From Planctomycetota bacterium (lineage in GTDB: Bacteria > Planctomycetota > UBA1135 > UBA2386), in NCBI GenBank assembly GCA_965228735.1, contig OZ245838.1, positions 1,888,001 to 1,952,000 of the forward strand: a stretch of DNA of 64,000 bases, written 5' to 3'. Position 1 is the first letter of the stretch. Every line of letters begins with the position of its first letter. A program made the position numbers and the translations under genes. Below, one piece after another: positions 35,986 to 46,174 of the stretch. The notes beneath the pieces are model-generated. The model was not told the DNA's origin. It saw only the letters and a list, made by a program, of their open reading frames with translations, and searched no databases.

Positions 35986-36681
35986 ATGTCGAAGAAGGAA
36001 GGCAATCTAGTCCTGCGATTCCCCGCCGTCGATTCAGCGGACCCGGACGCCAAGGACATCGCAGAGTTCATAATGCTCTTCCGTGGCGCATACGTCGCCG
36101 CCAAGAAGCTGCGCAGCAGGCCCCGGCACCCCTCCCCCGACAAACTGCGATCGGTCATCGAGAACCTGAGCGCCGAGGAGATCGAAGCACTATTCGACGA
36201 GGGGCCAAGACCCGGTGCGCTCCGCATCCGCCGCGTCTCGCACGAGAGCCCGATCGAGATCGAGCTGATCGGGCTTCTCACGCAACTCGTGTGGGCCGTC
36301 ATCTTGCTCGGCGGGACCGTCACGGTCGGAGTAGCCAAGGTCGAGCTGCCGAGGGGCATCCTGGAGACGATCGCAACGCTGACACGGCTGTTCGCTCAAC
36401 GTGCCAAGACCCAGGTCGCCTACGGTCCCCGCGACCGCACGGTCAAGCTCACGAAGGAGCAACTCGCGGAACTCATGAAGCACGATCCTTCGAAGAGAAC
36501 GCGAGGTGGGTTCCAGCGATTCCTGATCAGCCTCCAGTTCCGGGTAGACCGCCGCACACGTGAGTTGACGCTGTCCCCTGCGGACATAGACATCATCCTG
36601 CAGTACGGCTCGCAGCCCAGTAGTGGCGGTTGGCAACGCAGCATCCGCCGGATCTTCGACACGCACTTCGACTGGAACTAA
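35986..36681 (+). CDS. Hypothetical protein with GGFQ/GGWQ C-terminal domain
   Basis: AAAGGAG RBS, 231 aa, central hydrophobic segment. Confidence 0.7.
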   Translation: MSKKEGNLVLRFPAVDSADPDAKDIAEFIMLFRGAYVAAKKLRSRPRHPSPDKLRSVIENLSAEEIEALFDEGPRPGALRIRRVSHESPIEIELIGLLTQLVWAVILLGGTVTVGVAKVELPRGILETIATLTRLFAQRAKTQVAYGPRDRTVKLTKEQLAELMKHDPSKRTRGGFQRFLISLQFRVDRRTRELTLSPADIDIILQYGSQPSSGGWQRSIRRIFDTHFDWN

Positions 36682-36765
36682 CCCCTGCATGACCACGATC
36701 GCGGCAACCCCGGAGGCCGCCAGAACGGGAGTGCATGTCCAAGCTCGTGCGGTAAGGTCAAGGTC

Positions 36766-37752
36766 ATGCAGAGGGCTAGCGGCGCAAGCGACCTGATCCA
36801 AGTCCTACGCGGAGACTGCCGCGAATGGATGCGGGCGCAGCGTGCCGGCTCGATCCGCTGCATAATCACGTCGCCGCCCTACAACCTCGGTATCGACTAC
36901 GGGTCTTACGAGGACAGTCAGCCGCGCCGGGACTACCTGAAGTGGCTCGATCAGATCTTCGGCGACATCGCGAGGGTGATGCACCGCGAGGGGCACTTCT
37001 TCCTCAACCTCGGCTACAGCAACACCGACCCCTGGGTCGACTTCGAGGTCGCAGCCGTCGCCCGCAAGCACTTCGTGCTGCAGAACCGGATCACCTGGGT
37101 AAAGAGCATCTCGATCGGCGACGAGACCTACGGGCACTTTAAGCCGATCAACTCCCCGCGCTTCGCCAACGTGACCAATGAATTGATCTTCCACTTCACG
37201 AAGTCGGGGAACGTCCCGGTCAACCGCCGAGCCATCGGGGTCCCTTACAAGTGGAAGTGCAACCTCGACAAGCGAGGTCGGATTCGTGGACGCCTCGCCA
37301 AGGCCCACGGGTTTCGGAACTGGCGAGAGTTCGACGCAAGCGCTTCCGACGCGCAGCGTAAGGAACTTCAAGACGAACTCGAAGCCCGCGTCCAGCGGGT
37401 CGGCGACATCGAAGACAAGCGATGCCGGGGCAACACCTGGTTCGTCCCCTACGACACGATCCGTGACCGCGAGTTGGACAGGGGCTCACATCCGGCCACC
37501 TTCCCAGTCGCCCTCCCCGAGATGTGCATCCGCTTCGCCGACTGCAAGAAGGGCACACTCGTCTACGACCCGTTCGCAGGAAGCGGAACGACACTCATCG
37601 CAGCACGGGATCTGGGCATGAGAGGAGTCGGAACCGACATCGATGAGCGCTACGTGTCCTACGCTCTCGACCGCCTCAAGCAGACCCAACAGGACAGGAT
37701 CCGCAGCCGAGGCGCCCACACGAACGGGGCGCATCAGCTCTCCGGCGAGTAG
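36766..37752 (+). CDS. DNA methyltransferase, N4-C/N6-A beta class
   Basis: ITSPPYN precedes HPATFP and DPFAGSGTT. Confidence 0.9.
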   Translation: MQRASGASDLIQVLRGDCREWMRAQRAGSIRCIITSPPYNLGIDYGSYEDSQPRRDYLKWLDQIFGDIARVMHREGHFFLNLGYSNTDPWVDFEVAAVARKHFVLQNRITWVKSISIGDETYGHFKPINSPRFANVTNELIFHFTKSGNVPVNRRAIGVPYKWKCNLDKRGRIRGRLAKAHGFRNWREFDASASDAQRKELQDELEARVQRVGDIEDKRCRGNTWFVPYDTIRDRELDRGSHPATFPVALPEMCIRFADCKKGTLVYDPFAGSGTTLIAARDLGMRGVGTDIDERYVSYALDRLKQTQQDRIRSRGAHTNGAHQLSGE

Positions 37753-37904
37753 CCCGATCGCTTGGCGGCGTCGCGGGGAGGCTACGTGCCGCTGGCAACT
37801 AACCCCGAGTGCGTCTGCTTTGGGGTTCCATTGAGCGTGGGCCTCTCGATGACAAGAGTTCGGTCCCATCCGCACCCACGGCGAGACCGCTTCGCCCGAC
37901 CCCG

Positions 37905-40178
37905 TCACTTCACGACCGGCACCGACAGACGACGTGTGCTCTCGAACTGCGAGCCGTTGAGGATCCAATCCTGGAAGTGCAGGGTCGTCGGCGGGAGCCA
38001 CTCGGGCAGCGGAAACCGCCACACCACGTCGTCGCCGACCCGGAAGCCCATGTTGCCCAGGTAGGCCGGACCCGTGTCGATCAGCAGCCGACATCCCGTG
38101 AGCACGCCCGGGTTCACGACCGGCAGGTCCGCCGCGGCGAGCGAAACCGCCAGGAAGTGGCCGGCGCTCGCCGGGAGCTGCACGCGCACGCCGCTGAACT
38201 CCGCGCCGATCTGCTGGTTGCCGGCCCAGGTTATCGGAGCCGGGTTGCACCCGGCCCCGCCGTTGCTCCAGGGCGCGGGCGTCGCGTACTCGAGCGTGTG
38301 GCCGTACTGACGGGTGAACGACCCCGACCGAACGCCGTAGAAGAACAGCGTCTCGCTGTCGTCCCGCTTGAACGTGCACGCCGGCGGCGTCGTCGACTGA
38401 CCGGCCACGCCGTTCAACGTGAATGGGCCTTCGGTCGGCGCGCCGTTGAATCCGACGCGCACACCATAGGCGCCGTTGACCGGCGCGAGACTCGTTCGAT
38501 AGGCCGCGACGAAGTGCGACTGATCCCACTCGTCGATCGACATCGCGGAGGGTTCGAAGATGCGATTCGTGGCGCTCGCGATCGTGACCGTCGGATAGTC
38601 GGGTGACGGCGCAGTGGTGTCGAATCGCTCGATGCGGAGCTCCTTGCCGAGCGCCCCGCTGGTGCTCGGCGTGCTCGCGACGTCGACCGTCGAGAACGCG
38701 ACGGCGAAGCGACCCCACACGCCGGCGATGACGGGCGCGAGCTGATGGTGGGAGTTCGCGATCGCGATGTCGGGACTCCACGCCCCGAGGACGTTGCCGT
38801 TGATGTCGTACAGCTCCGCGACGACGACCCAGGCGTCACCGGGCACGCCGGACCTCCGCAACTGGAACGCGCAGGCCCAGCGGTTGTCGCCGCCACTGAC
38901 CTGGTTCACCGCCGGGCGTTCGCAGTCCAGGTTGCCGAAATCATGGATCTCGAACGTCGGCGAGAACGCGACCGTGCCGGACGTCGACAAGGTCGCGCCG
39001 CGGATCGCGCTGTCGGGCACGTTCGCCAGGTGGCCAGCGGAGTTCGAGTTGTCCTCCCGCTGGAAGACGACGAAGGCTCTCGGGTCCCACCCAGCACCGA
39101 CGTCCGGTCGCCAGTCGTTGTACCCCGATGGCGGGATCAACGTGACGACGGCCGGCGAGAAGGTCGTCGATCCGGCGGGATGCACGTGGGCCTGGATGAA
39201 GCTGCGGCGGATCGGATTGTTCATGAAGTAGCGCCGATACACGAGCGCCCAGCGTTGGCTGGTATGAACGAACGCGCAGCTGATCGCGTCGGTGTCCCAC
39301 GACGAGCTCAGGTCGCTGAAGACGATCGATCCGTTCGTGAAGTCATCGTCGAAAACCGCGCCGTAGACATCGTCGTCGAACTGCGAAGCCGCTCGCGTAT
39401 ACACGGTCATCACGTTCGAGCTCAGCGATCCGAGCTCGTGGCCAATGTCGTTCTGGCCGCCCTGCAGCGTGGACGAGAACAGCCAGACGCGACTCAGCAG
39501 CGGATCGACGGTCACGGGCAGCTGCGCCTCCGCGAGCCAGCTTCCCGGCACGGTCAGGGTGATCTCGCCGCCGCGATACCCGGTCGTGACGAGCACGTGC
39601 CGGCCGCTCGCATCGAAAGCGAACGCCTCGCCATAGCCGACGACCGGTCGCCCCGCGGCGTCCGAGAACGTCAATGACCGATGCGCCGCGGTGACGTCGT
39701 CGCTGACGAGCGCGCTCGTGACCGCCCCTCGCACGACGAGGTCACCCGCGGCGGGCCGCTCGCTGACGACGAACGACTGCTCGAGCCCGCCCACCATCAC
39801 GTCGTAGGCCTCGGTGACGTTGCCGAACCGGTACTCGAAGCGGAAGTCGTCGTGCCACTGCCGTGGCGGTCCGGAGCCCTCGAGGAGTTCGACCCCGCCG
39901 ACCGCGACGGACAGGGTCCGCCACGACCACGGCTGGTTGTGCGGGTAGTCGGCGCCGAGGTACGGCACGAACGTCATGCCGTCGTGGAACGATGCCTTGA
40001 AGGTATTGCCCGCGCCCCAGGTGCCGTATGCGACCCCTTCGGCGCCTGCCCCCGTGTGGATCGGAGTGCGGAGCGGCGCCACGGGGCGGCCGGTTCGCGC
40101 CCGGTCGGGTGCCGTCTGGGCATCAGCGATTCCTGCGAGCGCGAGGCACGCCAGGACTTGGAATGCGAGGTGATGCAT
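37905..40178 (-). CDS. Large exported protein
   Basis: Signal peptide ...GIADAQ; GLEQSF, PVTVDP, beta-rich repeats, C-terminal HFQDW domain. Confidence 0.8.
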   Translation of the reverse strand: MHHLAFQVLACLALAGIADAQTAPDRARTGRPVAPLRTPIHTGAGAEGVAYGTWGAGNTFKASFHDGMTFVPYLGADYPHNQPWSWRTLSVAVGGVELLEGSGPPRQWHDDFRFEYRFGNVTEAYDVMVGGLEQSFVVSERPAAGDLVVRGAVTSALVSDDVTAAHRSLTFSDAAGRPVVGYGEAFAFDASGRHVLVTTGYRGGEITLTVPGSWLAEAQLPVTVDPLLSRVWLFSSTLQGGQNDIGHELGSLSSNVMTVYTRAASQFDDDVYGAVFDDDFTNGSIVFSDLSSSWDTDAISCAFVHTSQRWALVYRRYFMNNPIRRSFIQAHVHPAGSTTFSPAVVTLIPPSGYNDWRPDVGAGWDPRAFVVFQREDNSNSAGHLANVPDSAIRGATLSTSGTVAFSPTFEIHDFGNLDCERPAVNQVSGGDNRWACAFQLRRSGVPGDAWVVVAELYDINGNVLGAWSPDIAIANSHHQLAPVIAGVWGRFAVAFSTVDVASTPSTSGALGKELRIERFDTTAPSPDYPTVTIASATNRIFEPSAMSIDEWDQSHFVAAYRTSLAPVNGAYGVRVGFNGAPTEGPFTLNGVAGQSTTPPACTFKRDDSETLFFYGVRSGSFTRQYGHTLEYATPAPWSNGGAGCNPAPITWAGNQQIGAEFSGVRVQLPASAGHFLAVSLAAADLPVVNPGVLTGCRLLIDTGPAYLGNMGFRVGDDVVWRFPLPEWLPPTTLHFQDWILNGSQFESTRRLSVPVVK

Positions 40179-40642
40179 CCTGCCCTAGGGCGGGACTCGC
40201 GCCGATCTGACCGCCCGCGCCCTGATTTTTCGGGCTCTCCTGAGCTGAATGGGCGTGCGACGCAGCCAGGCAAGCGACTCCCGCGCGCAGGAGTGCTTCA
40301 TCGTCGCGGGGTTGGCGACGCCCGCCGAGCCCAGGCCACGCCCCCATCGCTTTCCACGCAGTCACGGCTTGCCGCTGCGAGGGACACGCTTGTGACGGTT
40401 GCCGCATTGGCCGCGGGCCGCACCCGGACCTTGCTCCCGGTAAGATGGCCTCGCCGGGCAACCGGTGATCCTCAAGCATGGATGTGCGGCACCGTCGATC
40501 TCGCGATCGGCGGTGCCGTTTTCACCGGGACCCGGCCGAGACGTGAGTAGGACGTTCGGGGCCTAGATGAGGATCCCTTGAATCCATGCTTTCTGACCGG
40601 CCGGGAAGATCGCATTGGGTGCCCCCGGTCGCTCGGCGAGGC

Positions 40643-41011
40643 TCAGAGGAACCACCGCAGCAACCGCGCGATCGCGTGAAGGGCGTGACCGACGCCCGAA
40701 TCACCTCGAACCAGATACGCAGCAGCTGCGCAGAAGAGGAGGAAGACGAGCACGCGAATCACGTTCTTCGTCGGCGAGTCGCTGTCTTCGGCGGCCTCGG
40801 GTTCGGGCACCGGCATCGCGAAAGGTCGTGGCTGCGGCGTGAATCCGAGCCCGACGACTCCGACCAGAACCAGCAAGACCACCCCGAGGGTGACGAAGCC
40901 GATCCCAGCACCGCACACCAGCGCCAGAACGACGGCCAGGATCAACGCGACGACCACGAGGACGACGAGCGTCCGGCGAGTCGCCTGAGCCTCGGTGCGC
41001 TCCTTCGACAC
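40643..41011 (-). CDS. Small membrane protein
   Basis: Three hydrophobic segments; GTG start inferred. Confidence 0.5.
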   Translation of the reverse strand: MSKERTEAQATRRTLVVLVVVALILAVVLALVCGAGIGFVTLGVVLLVLVGVVGLGFTPQPRPFAMPVPEPEAAEDSDSPTKNVIRVLVFLLFCAAAAYLVRGDSGVGHALHAIARLLRWFL

Positions 41012-41117
41012 GCGCAGCAGTGTCGGCGCTTCCTCGTGAACGGAACAGCCCCAACGGCCCCGAATCGGCGCGTCGCAGCCCACCCGAGGGCTAGCCTGCA
41101 GCACCCCGACCACCGCC

Positions 41118-41498
41118 ATGCGCCGCAGAGAACCGAAGCCGAAGACGCGCAAGCCGACGCCACTGCCGGCTGACCTGCAGGCGTTTCTCGCCGAAGTCCA
41201 CGGCCGGATCGAGGCCGGGGACGAGACCACGCTGGTCGAGTCCGACGACTTGCTGCAGTGCGCGAACGCCTACGGCGGTCGCTGCGTCGGCGGCAACGGT
41301 GAGTTCGGGTTCACCTACTTCCCGGAGTCCAGCGCCCGCCCGGGATGGGAGTTCGTGCTCACCGCCGCGGAGATCGGCCACATCGCACGCCGCGCCGTGA
41401 CGCAGCTCGAGCTGTGGTGCTGCGAAGCGCCCGGCTGCACGTTCCGTTCCTCGCTGCAGGACGACACGTGCCGTGTGCACGACTGGGTCGACGAGTAA
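41118..41498 (+). CDS. Hypothetical Cys-containing protein
   Basis: 126 aa, GC-rich third positions. Confidence 0.6.
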   Translation: MRRREPKPKTRKPTPLPADLQAFLAEVHGRIEAGDETTLVESDDLLQCANAYGGRCVGGNGEFGFTYFPESSARPGWEFVLTAAEIGHIARRAVTQLELWCCEAPGCTFRSSLQDDTCRVHDWVDE

Positions 41499-41565
41499 CT
41501 GCGCAGCAACTAGACCGTTCCCGAGTGCGACCGTGGCCGGCGGCACGGCGGGCGACACCGACGTC

Positions 41566-44064
41566 TCAGTTCCCCACGATCATCCTGGCCGCATCCGACA
41601 TCACCGCGCCGGCCTGGTTCGCTGCCGAGTCGAGAACCACGCACTGACTGTAGAGCGTCGTGCCGAGATAGGAGACGCTGCTCGGGATCGCGATCCCCCA
41701 CGTGGCGACGTTGTTCTGGCCGACGAGGAACGTGACGCGGTCGAGGCTGACGGACAGCGCGCAGCCGGCAAGACCGAACGGATCGAGCAACAACGGCAGC
41801 GACCCGAGGAGCGAACTCGTGTCGCTGAAGCCCACGACCAACAGGCCAGCGTCCTGCGGCATGTTCGTGACCTGGGCCGTCATCGTCGCGCCGAGCCGGG
41901 GCGGCTGAATCGCGACGTTGCCGGGCACGCCGAGGGTGCCGCCGCAGCCGGTCGCGAATGTGGAGTAGATCGGCAGACAGGTCTCGAAGCGGGCGGCTGC
42001 CGGACTCACGACGCTGCCGGCTCCCGTGAACCAACCGCCGGCAACGACGTCGCCGCCCGGAGTCACGACCAGCGCGTTCACCGCGGGCGAAGGCGAGAAC
42101 CAGCCGGCGACGCCGGTGTCGAGCGGCGACCAGGCGGTGCCGTCCCAGCGCGCGACGTAGTCGGCCGCGACGCCGCCAGCGGTCGTGAACCAACCGCCCG
42201 CGACGAGTTCGCCGCTCGGCAGCGCCGCGAGGGCGAGGACCGGCGAGAAGTAGGGTATCGCGCCGGTGTTCGTGCCGCCGCCGAGCGCTGACCACGTGAC
42301 GCCGTCCCAACGCGCCACGTGATTGGCGGGAACGCCACCCGCCGCCGTGAAGAAGCCGCCGACCGCCAGGTCCCCGTTCGACAGGACCGCGATCGCCTCG
42401 ACGACACCGTTGACCCCGGCGCCGAGCGCGGACCAGGCGTTGCCGTCCCAACGCGCAACACCGTTCGCCGGAGCTCCCCCCGCCGTCGTGAAGCTGCCGC
42501 CAGCCACGACGTCGCCGTTGTCGCTCGCCGCGAGCGCGAGCACGGGGGAACTCGTCCCCGCCCCCAGGGCCGACCAGGCGCTGCCGTCCCAGCGCGCGAG
42601 GTGATTCACGGTCAGCCCGCCGGCCGTCGTGAAATCGCCGCCGACGATGAGGTCGCCGTTGGGCAGGACCGCGAACGTCCGGACCGCGCCGTTCGTGCCG
42701 ACACCGAGCGGCGACCAACCGACCCCATCCCAGCGCGCGATGTGATTCACCGGGAGGCCACCGGCAGACGTGATCGCGCCTCCGGCGACGAGGTCACCGT
42801 TCGGCAGGGACGCCAACGCGAACACCCAGCCGTGCACCCCCGACCCGAGCGCAGACCAGCCGCTGCCATCCCAGCGCGCTACGTTGTCGCCGGTCACGGC
42901 ACCGTTGAGCCAGCCGCCCGCCACGACGTCGCCATTCGGCAGCGCCGCGAGGGCCCAAACGACCTGATCGAACCCCGCGGCGAGGGCAGACCACGTGCTA
43001 CCGTCCCAGCGCGCAACGTTCTTCGCAGGAACCCCACCGGCAGCACTGAACGCGCCGCCAACGATCAGTTCACCGGTCGCCAGAGTCGAGACCGTCCACA
43101 CTGAAGAAACGGCGATCCCCGCGCCGAGGGGCGACCATCCGGTCCCGTTCCACACTGCGATGCCGTCGATGGCGACGTTGCCCACCTGCCCGAACGTGCC
43201 GCCGGCCACGACGTCGCCGTTCGGCAGCGTCGTGAGCGCATACACGCCGTTGGTCGGACCAGCGCCCAATCCCACCCAGGAGCTGCCGTTCCAACGCGCA
43301 ACCCCGCCGGTCGGCAAGTTGGGTCCGCCCGCCACGACGTCACCGTTCGGCAGGGCGGTAAGCGCACGAACCGAGCCGGTCAGCCCGGGGCCGAACGCCG
43401 ACCAGTTCATGCCGTCCCAGCGCGCCACGTTGTTCGCCCCGAGTCCGCCGGCCTGCGTGAAGTTCCCGCCGACCACGATATCACCGCCGGGAAGCCGCAT
43501 CAGCGCGTGCACGGTGCCGTTCACGCCAGCCGCCAGCGGCGACCAGGCGGTCCCGTTCCAACGCGCGACACCATTCGCCGGCAAGCCGCCGGCCGTCGTG
43601 AAGCTGCCGCCGACGAGGACGTCACCGCCGGGCAGCGTGATCAGCGCGTTCACGTCGCCGTTCGTCCCGGCCCCGAGCGCAACCCAACCCGTGCCGTTCC
43701 AACGCGCGATGTGATTCGCGCTCACCCCGCCGGCCGTCGTGAACTGCCCCCCGGCCACGAGGTCACCGTTCGCCACCGCCGCCACCGCGAACACCGAGCC
43801 GTCCAGGCCTGCGCCGAACGCCGACCACGCGCCGGTCGCCGGATCCCAGGCCGCGAGATCGTCGCCGCGGATCGTTCCGGCCGCCCAGAACCGGCCGCCC
43901 ATGACGAGCCGCGAGGCGGCCGGCCCCGGGCCATCGGGGTCCCACATCGCCGTGGCGTGCACCGCGCCGTTGACGCCCGGAAGACCGCCCATCGAGGTCC
44001 ATTGGTCGCACTGAGCCGTGACGACGGAGGCGGCGGTCAGGGCGCAGGTGACGAGGAGGCGCAT
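41566..44064 (-). CDS. Exported beta-propeller repeat protein
   Basis: A dozen or more ~50-aa repeats V.AL..LPNGD.VAGG.FTTAGG..AN.VARWDG..WS.LG.G; signal peptide; C-terminal LYSQ domain. Confidence 0.88.
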   Translation of the reverse strand: MRLLVTCALTAASVVTAQCDQWTSMGGLPGVNGAVHATAMWDPDGPGPAASRLVMGGRFWAAGTIRGDDLAAWDPATGAWSAFGAGLDGSVFAVAAVANGDLVAGGQFTTAGGVSANHIARWNGTGWVALGAGTNGDVNALITLPGGDVLVGGSFTTAGGLPANGVARWNGTAWSPLAAGVNGTVHALMRLPGGDIVVGGNFTQAGGLGANNVARWDGMNWSAFGPGLTGSVRALTALPNGDVVAGGPNLPTGGVARWNGSSWVGLGAGPTNGVYALTTLPNGDVVAGGTFGQVGNVAIDGIAVWNGTGWSPLGAGIAVSSVWTVSTLATGELIVGGAFSAAGGVPAKNVARWDGSTWSALAAGFDQVVWALAALPNGDVVAGGWLNGAVTGDNVARWDGSGWSALGSGVHGWVFALASLPNGDLVAGGAITSAGGLPVNHIARWDGVGWSPLGVGTNGAVRTFAVLPNGDLIVGGDFTTAGGLTVNHLARWDGSAWSALGAGTSSPVLALAASDNGDVVAGGSFTTAGGAPANGVARWDGNAWSALGAGVNGVVEAIAVLSNGDLAVGGFFTAAGGVPANHVARWDGVTWSALGGGTNTGAIPYFSPVLALAALPSGELVAGGWFTTAGGVAADYVARWDGTAWSPLDTGVAGWFSPSPAVNALVVTPGGDVVAGGWFTGAGSVVSPAAARFETCLPIYSTFATGCGGTLGVPGNVAIQPPRLGATMTAQVTNMPQDAGLLVVGFSDTSSLLGSLPLLLDPFGLAGCALSVSLDRVTFLVGQNNVATWGIAIPSSVSYLGTTLYSQCVVLDSAANQAGAVMSDAARMIVGN

Positions 44065-44238
44065 GGGTTTGGAATAGTCCGGGTTCCGGGCCAACGTCAC
44101 GCCGTTCTCGGGTCGGCCGAGTCTCGGCGGTCCGAGGCGATCGACTGGGCCCCCGGCCGCCGAACCGCAGCCACGCGAACGGAATCCACCCTCCGCCGGT
44201 ATCCTCTGACAGCGCCCTCACCCGCCACCCAACACCCC

Positions 44239-45063
44239 ATGAGCTACTTCGCCGACGAACCCGACCTCAACGATCCCACGCACTGCCAGGTCACCGAACT
44301 CGAACGGGACGTCGAGATCGCCGACGGGGTCACCGTCGAGCGCCGCAGCGTGCTCCTGCTGTCCGCCGCCGCGGTCGGGGCGATGCTGACCGGCTCGCGC
44401 ACCGTGCGCGCCCAAGACCCGAGACCACAGAACCCGAAGCCACAAGGCCCCGAGGCAACACCGTCGAACGGGCTGACCTACGAGGAGTTCCTCGCCGAGG
44501 TCCTGCCGCAGTCGCGCCAGCTGCTCAGCAACGCGGGCAAGGGCGAGAGCGCCTACCTGATGACGGTCGCGGCCGCGATGCTGCGCATCCGCGATCACGA
44601 AGCGCCTCTACGCCAGACGATGCAGGCGTTCCGCAAACAGCACGCGACCGATGGCGAACGATTTCCGCTGTCGGCCATGGCGATGAAGCTCGGCGCCGGC
44701 AAGGGCTTCAAGCATCACGATCACCTCGACTACAACGGCGTGATCCTCGGCATCGAGGGCGAGGTCCGGATCCGCAACTACGACTTCGTCGGCGAGGCGC
44801 CGGCGCTGGATTCGGAGAAGACGTTCGAGATCCGCGAGACGCGCGACGAGCTGATCCTGCCGGGCGGGATCTCGACGCTCGGCAGCAAACGGAACAACGT
44901 CCACGACCTCGTCGCCGGCAAGGAGGGCGCGCGCGTCCTCGACGTGTTCACGTTCTTCAGCAAGCGCGCGACGTCGCGCTGGCTCGACGTCGAGCCCGAG
45001 CCCGTCGACGCCGAGCGCCGCGTCTACGAGGCGCGCTGGCGGCCGCGGCGTCGCCGGCGCTGA
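44239..45063 (+). CDS. Cupin / thiol-dioxygenase-like protein with Tat-like signal
   Basis: ERRSVLL...VRAQ; HHDH..YNG, NNVH.L, VLDVF. Confidence 0.65.
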   Translation: MSYFADEPDLNDPTHCQVTELERDVEIADGVTVERRSVLLLSAAAVGAMLTGSRTVRAQDPRPQNPKPQGPEATPSNGLTYEEFLAEVLPQSRQLLSNAGKGESAYLMTVAAAMLRIRDHEAPLRQTMQAFRKQHATDGERFPLSAMAMKLGAGKGFKHHDHLDYNGVILGIEGEVRIRNYDFVGEAPALDSEKTFEIRETRDELILPGGISTLGSKRNNVHDLVAGKEGARVLDVFTFFSKRATSRWLDVEPEPVDAERRVYEARWRPRRRRR

Positions 45064-45065
45064 CG

Positions 45066-45497
45066 ATGCGGTTGCTCTGCTTCCTCGCGAAGCGCTTCCA
45101 CTGGCAGAGCTTCAGCAAGACGCTCGAGCAGGTCGGGAACGCGCCGCTCCCCGATGTCGACGTCGATGACGGGTTGGCGAACTGCGTCGTCGTGTTCGCG
45201 CACGCCGAGGCCGCGGACGAGCCCGAGGAGGCCCGGAAGCGCGTGTTCAAGCACACGCTCAAGCACGTCAAGTGGCTCGCGAACAAGCGCGACCTGCGCC
45301 ACGTCGTGCTGCACTCGTTCACCCACCTCGGCGCCACGAGCTCGACGCCGGAGTTCGCCCGCACGTTCCTGGACGATCTCGCGCAGCGGCTGACCGACAC
45401 GGGCTACGTCGTCAAGACGACGCCGTTCGGCTACTTCTGCGAGTGGAGCCTCGATGTGTTCGGCGAGAGCCTCGCGAAGGTCTACAAGCAGATCTGA
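45066..45497 (+). CDS. Stand-alone archaeal-type threonyl-tRNA synthetase editing domain
   Basis: VVF.H.E..D, VLHSFTHL, PFGYF, GESLAK. Confidence 0.8.
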   Translation: MRLLCFLAKRFHWQSFSKTLEQVGNAPLPDVDVDDGLANCVVVFAHAEAADEPEEARKRVFKHTLKHVKWLANKRDLRHVVLHSFTHLGATSSTPEFARTFLDDLAQRLTDTGYVVKTTPFGYFCEWSLDVFGESLAKVYKQI

Positions 45498-45568
45498 GAG
45501 GCGTGGCGGGCGGCCGCGCCGTTGACTTCGGGGCAGTCTACCCGTCGCATCGGGGGCAGAATCGACCG

Positions 45569-46159
45569 ATGGCCAAGCACCTCCGTTACCCCACTCTCGT
45601 CGCCCTCCCCACCCTCCTGTTCGCGAGCTGCCAGAGCGGCCCGATCGACAACGCCTGGGCGTTGCGCGCCAGCAAGGTCGAGGCCGCCGTCGACGGCAAC
45701 GGGCGGTTCGTCGAGGTCGAGTATCACATCTCGCCGGACCTCGTTCCGGTGGCCGTTCGCGGCGCGATGTCCGACCTCCGACCCGGCACGACGATCGACG
45801 GCGCCGAGTACGAGATCGAGAACGGCGCGACGTTCTACGAACTCACGGGCACGCATGACGGCCGCGGCGTCGCGGCGATGTTCTCGGCGGCCGGCGAGCT
45901 ACACGTTCTCGAGATCCAGATCGACCCGAGTTCCGAACCCGCGATCACGCGCGCGGTCCTGCGGCGCTGGCCCGGCGGGACGGTACAGGCGGTCGAGGAG
46001 GTCCGGGACGGCGAACAGCTGCTCGTCGCCTATCACGTCGACCTCGAGTTCGAGGGCCGCGCGCTGAAGGTCACGGTCGATCGCGACGCGAACGTCACCG
46101 CGGCCGTGCGCGAGATGGAGGCCGAGCTCGAGGTGCCGGTCGAGCTGCCGAAGCTGTAG
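45569..46159 (+). CDS. Lipoprotein, PepSY/BLIP-like
   Basis: LFASC lipobox; VP.AV, YEL, F...G pattern. Confidence 0.6.
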   Translation: MAKHLRYPTLVALPTLLFASCQSGPIDNAWALRASKVEAAVDGNGRFVEVEYHISPDLVPVAVRGAMSDLRPGTTIDGAEYEIENGATFYELTGTHDGRGVAAMFSAAGELHVLEIQIDPSSEPAITRAVLRRWPGGTVQAVEEVRDGEQLLVAYHVDLEFEGRALKVTVDRDANVTAAVREMEAELEVPVELPKL

Positions 46160-46174
46160 CGGGCGCCACGGCGA

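Noticed and set aside
35676..36359. Minus-strand 227-aa ORF
   Set aside because: Mostly antisense to 35986-36681; the 3' part might be a small gene or fragment but has no clear start or motif.
41566..44064. DNA repeat array or mobile repeat
   Set aside because: Periodicity is explained by protein propeller repeats with diverged codons.
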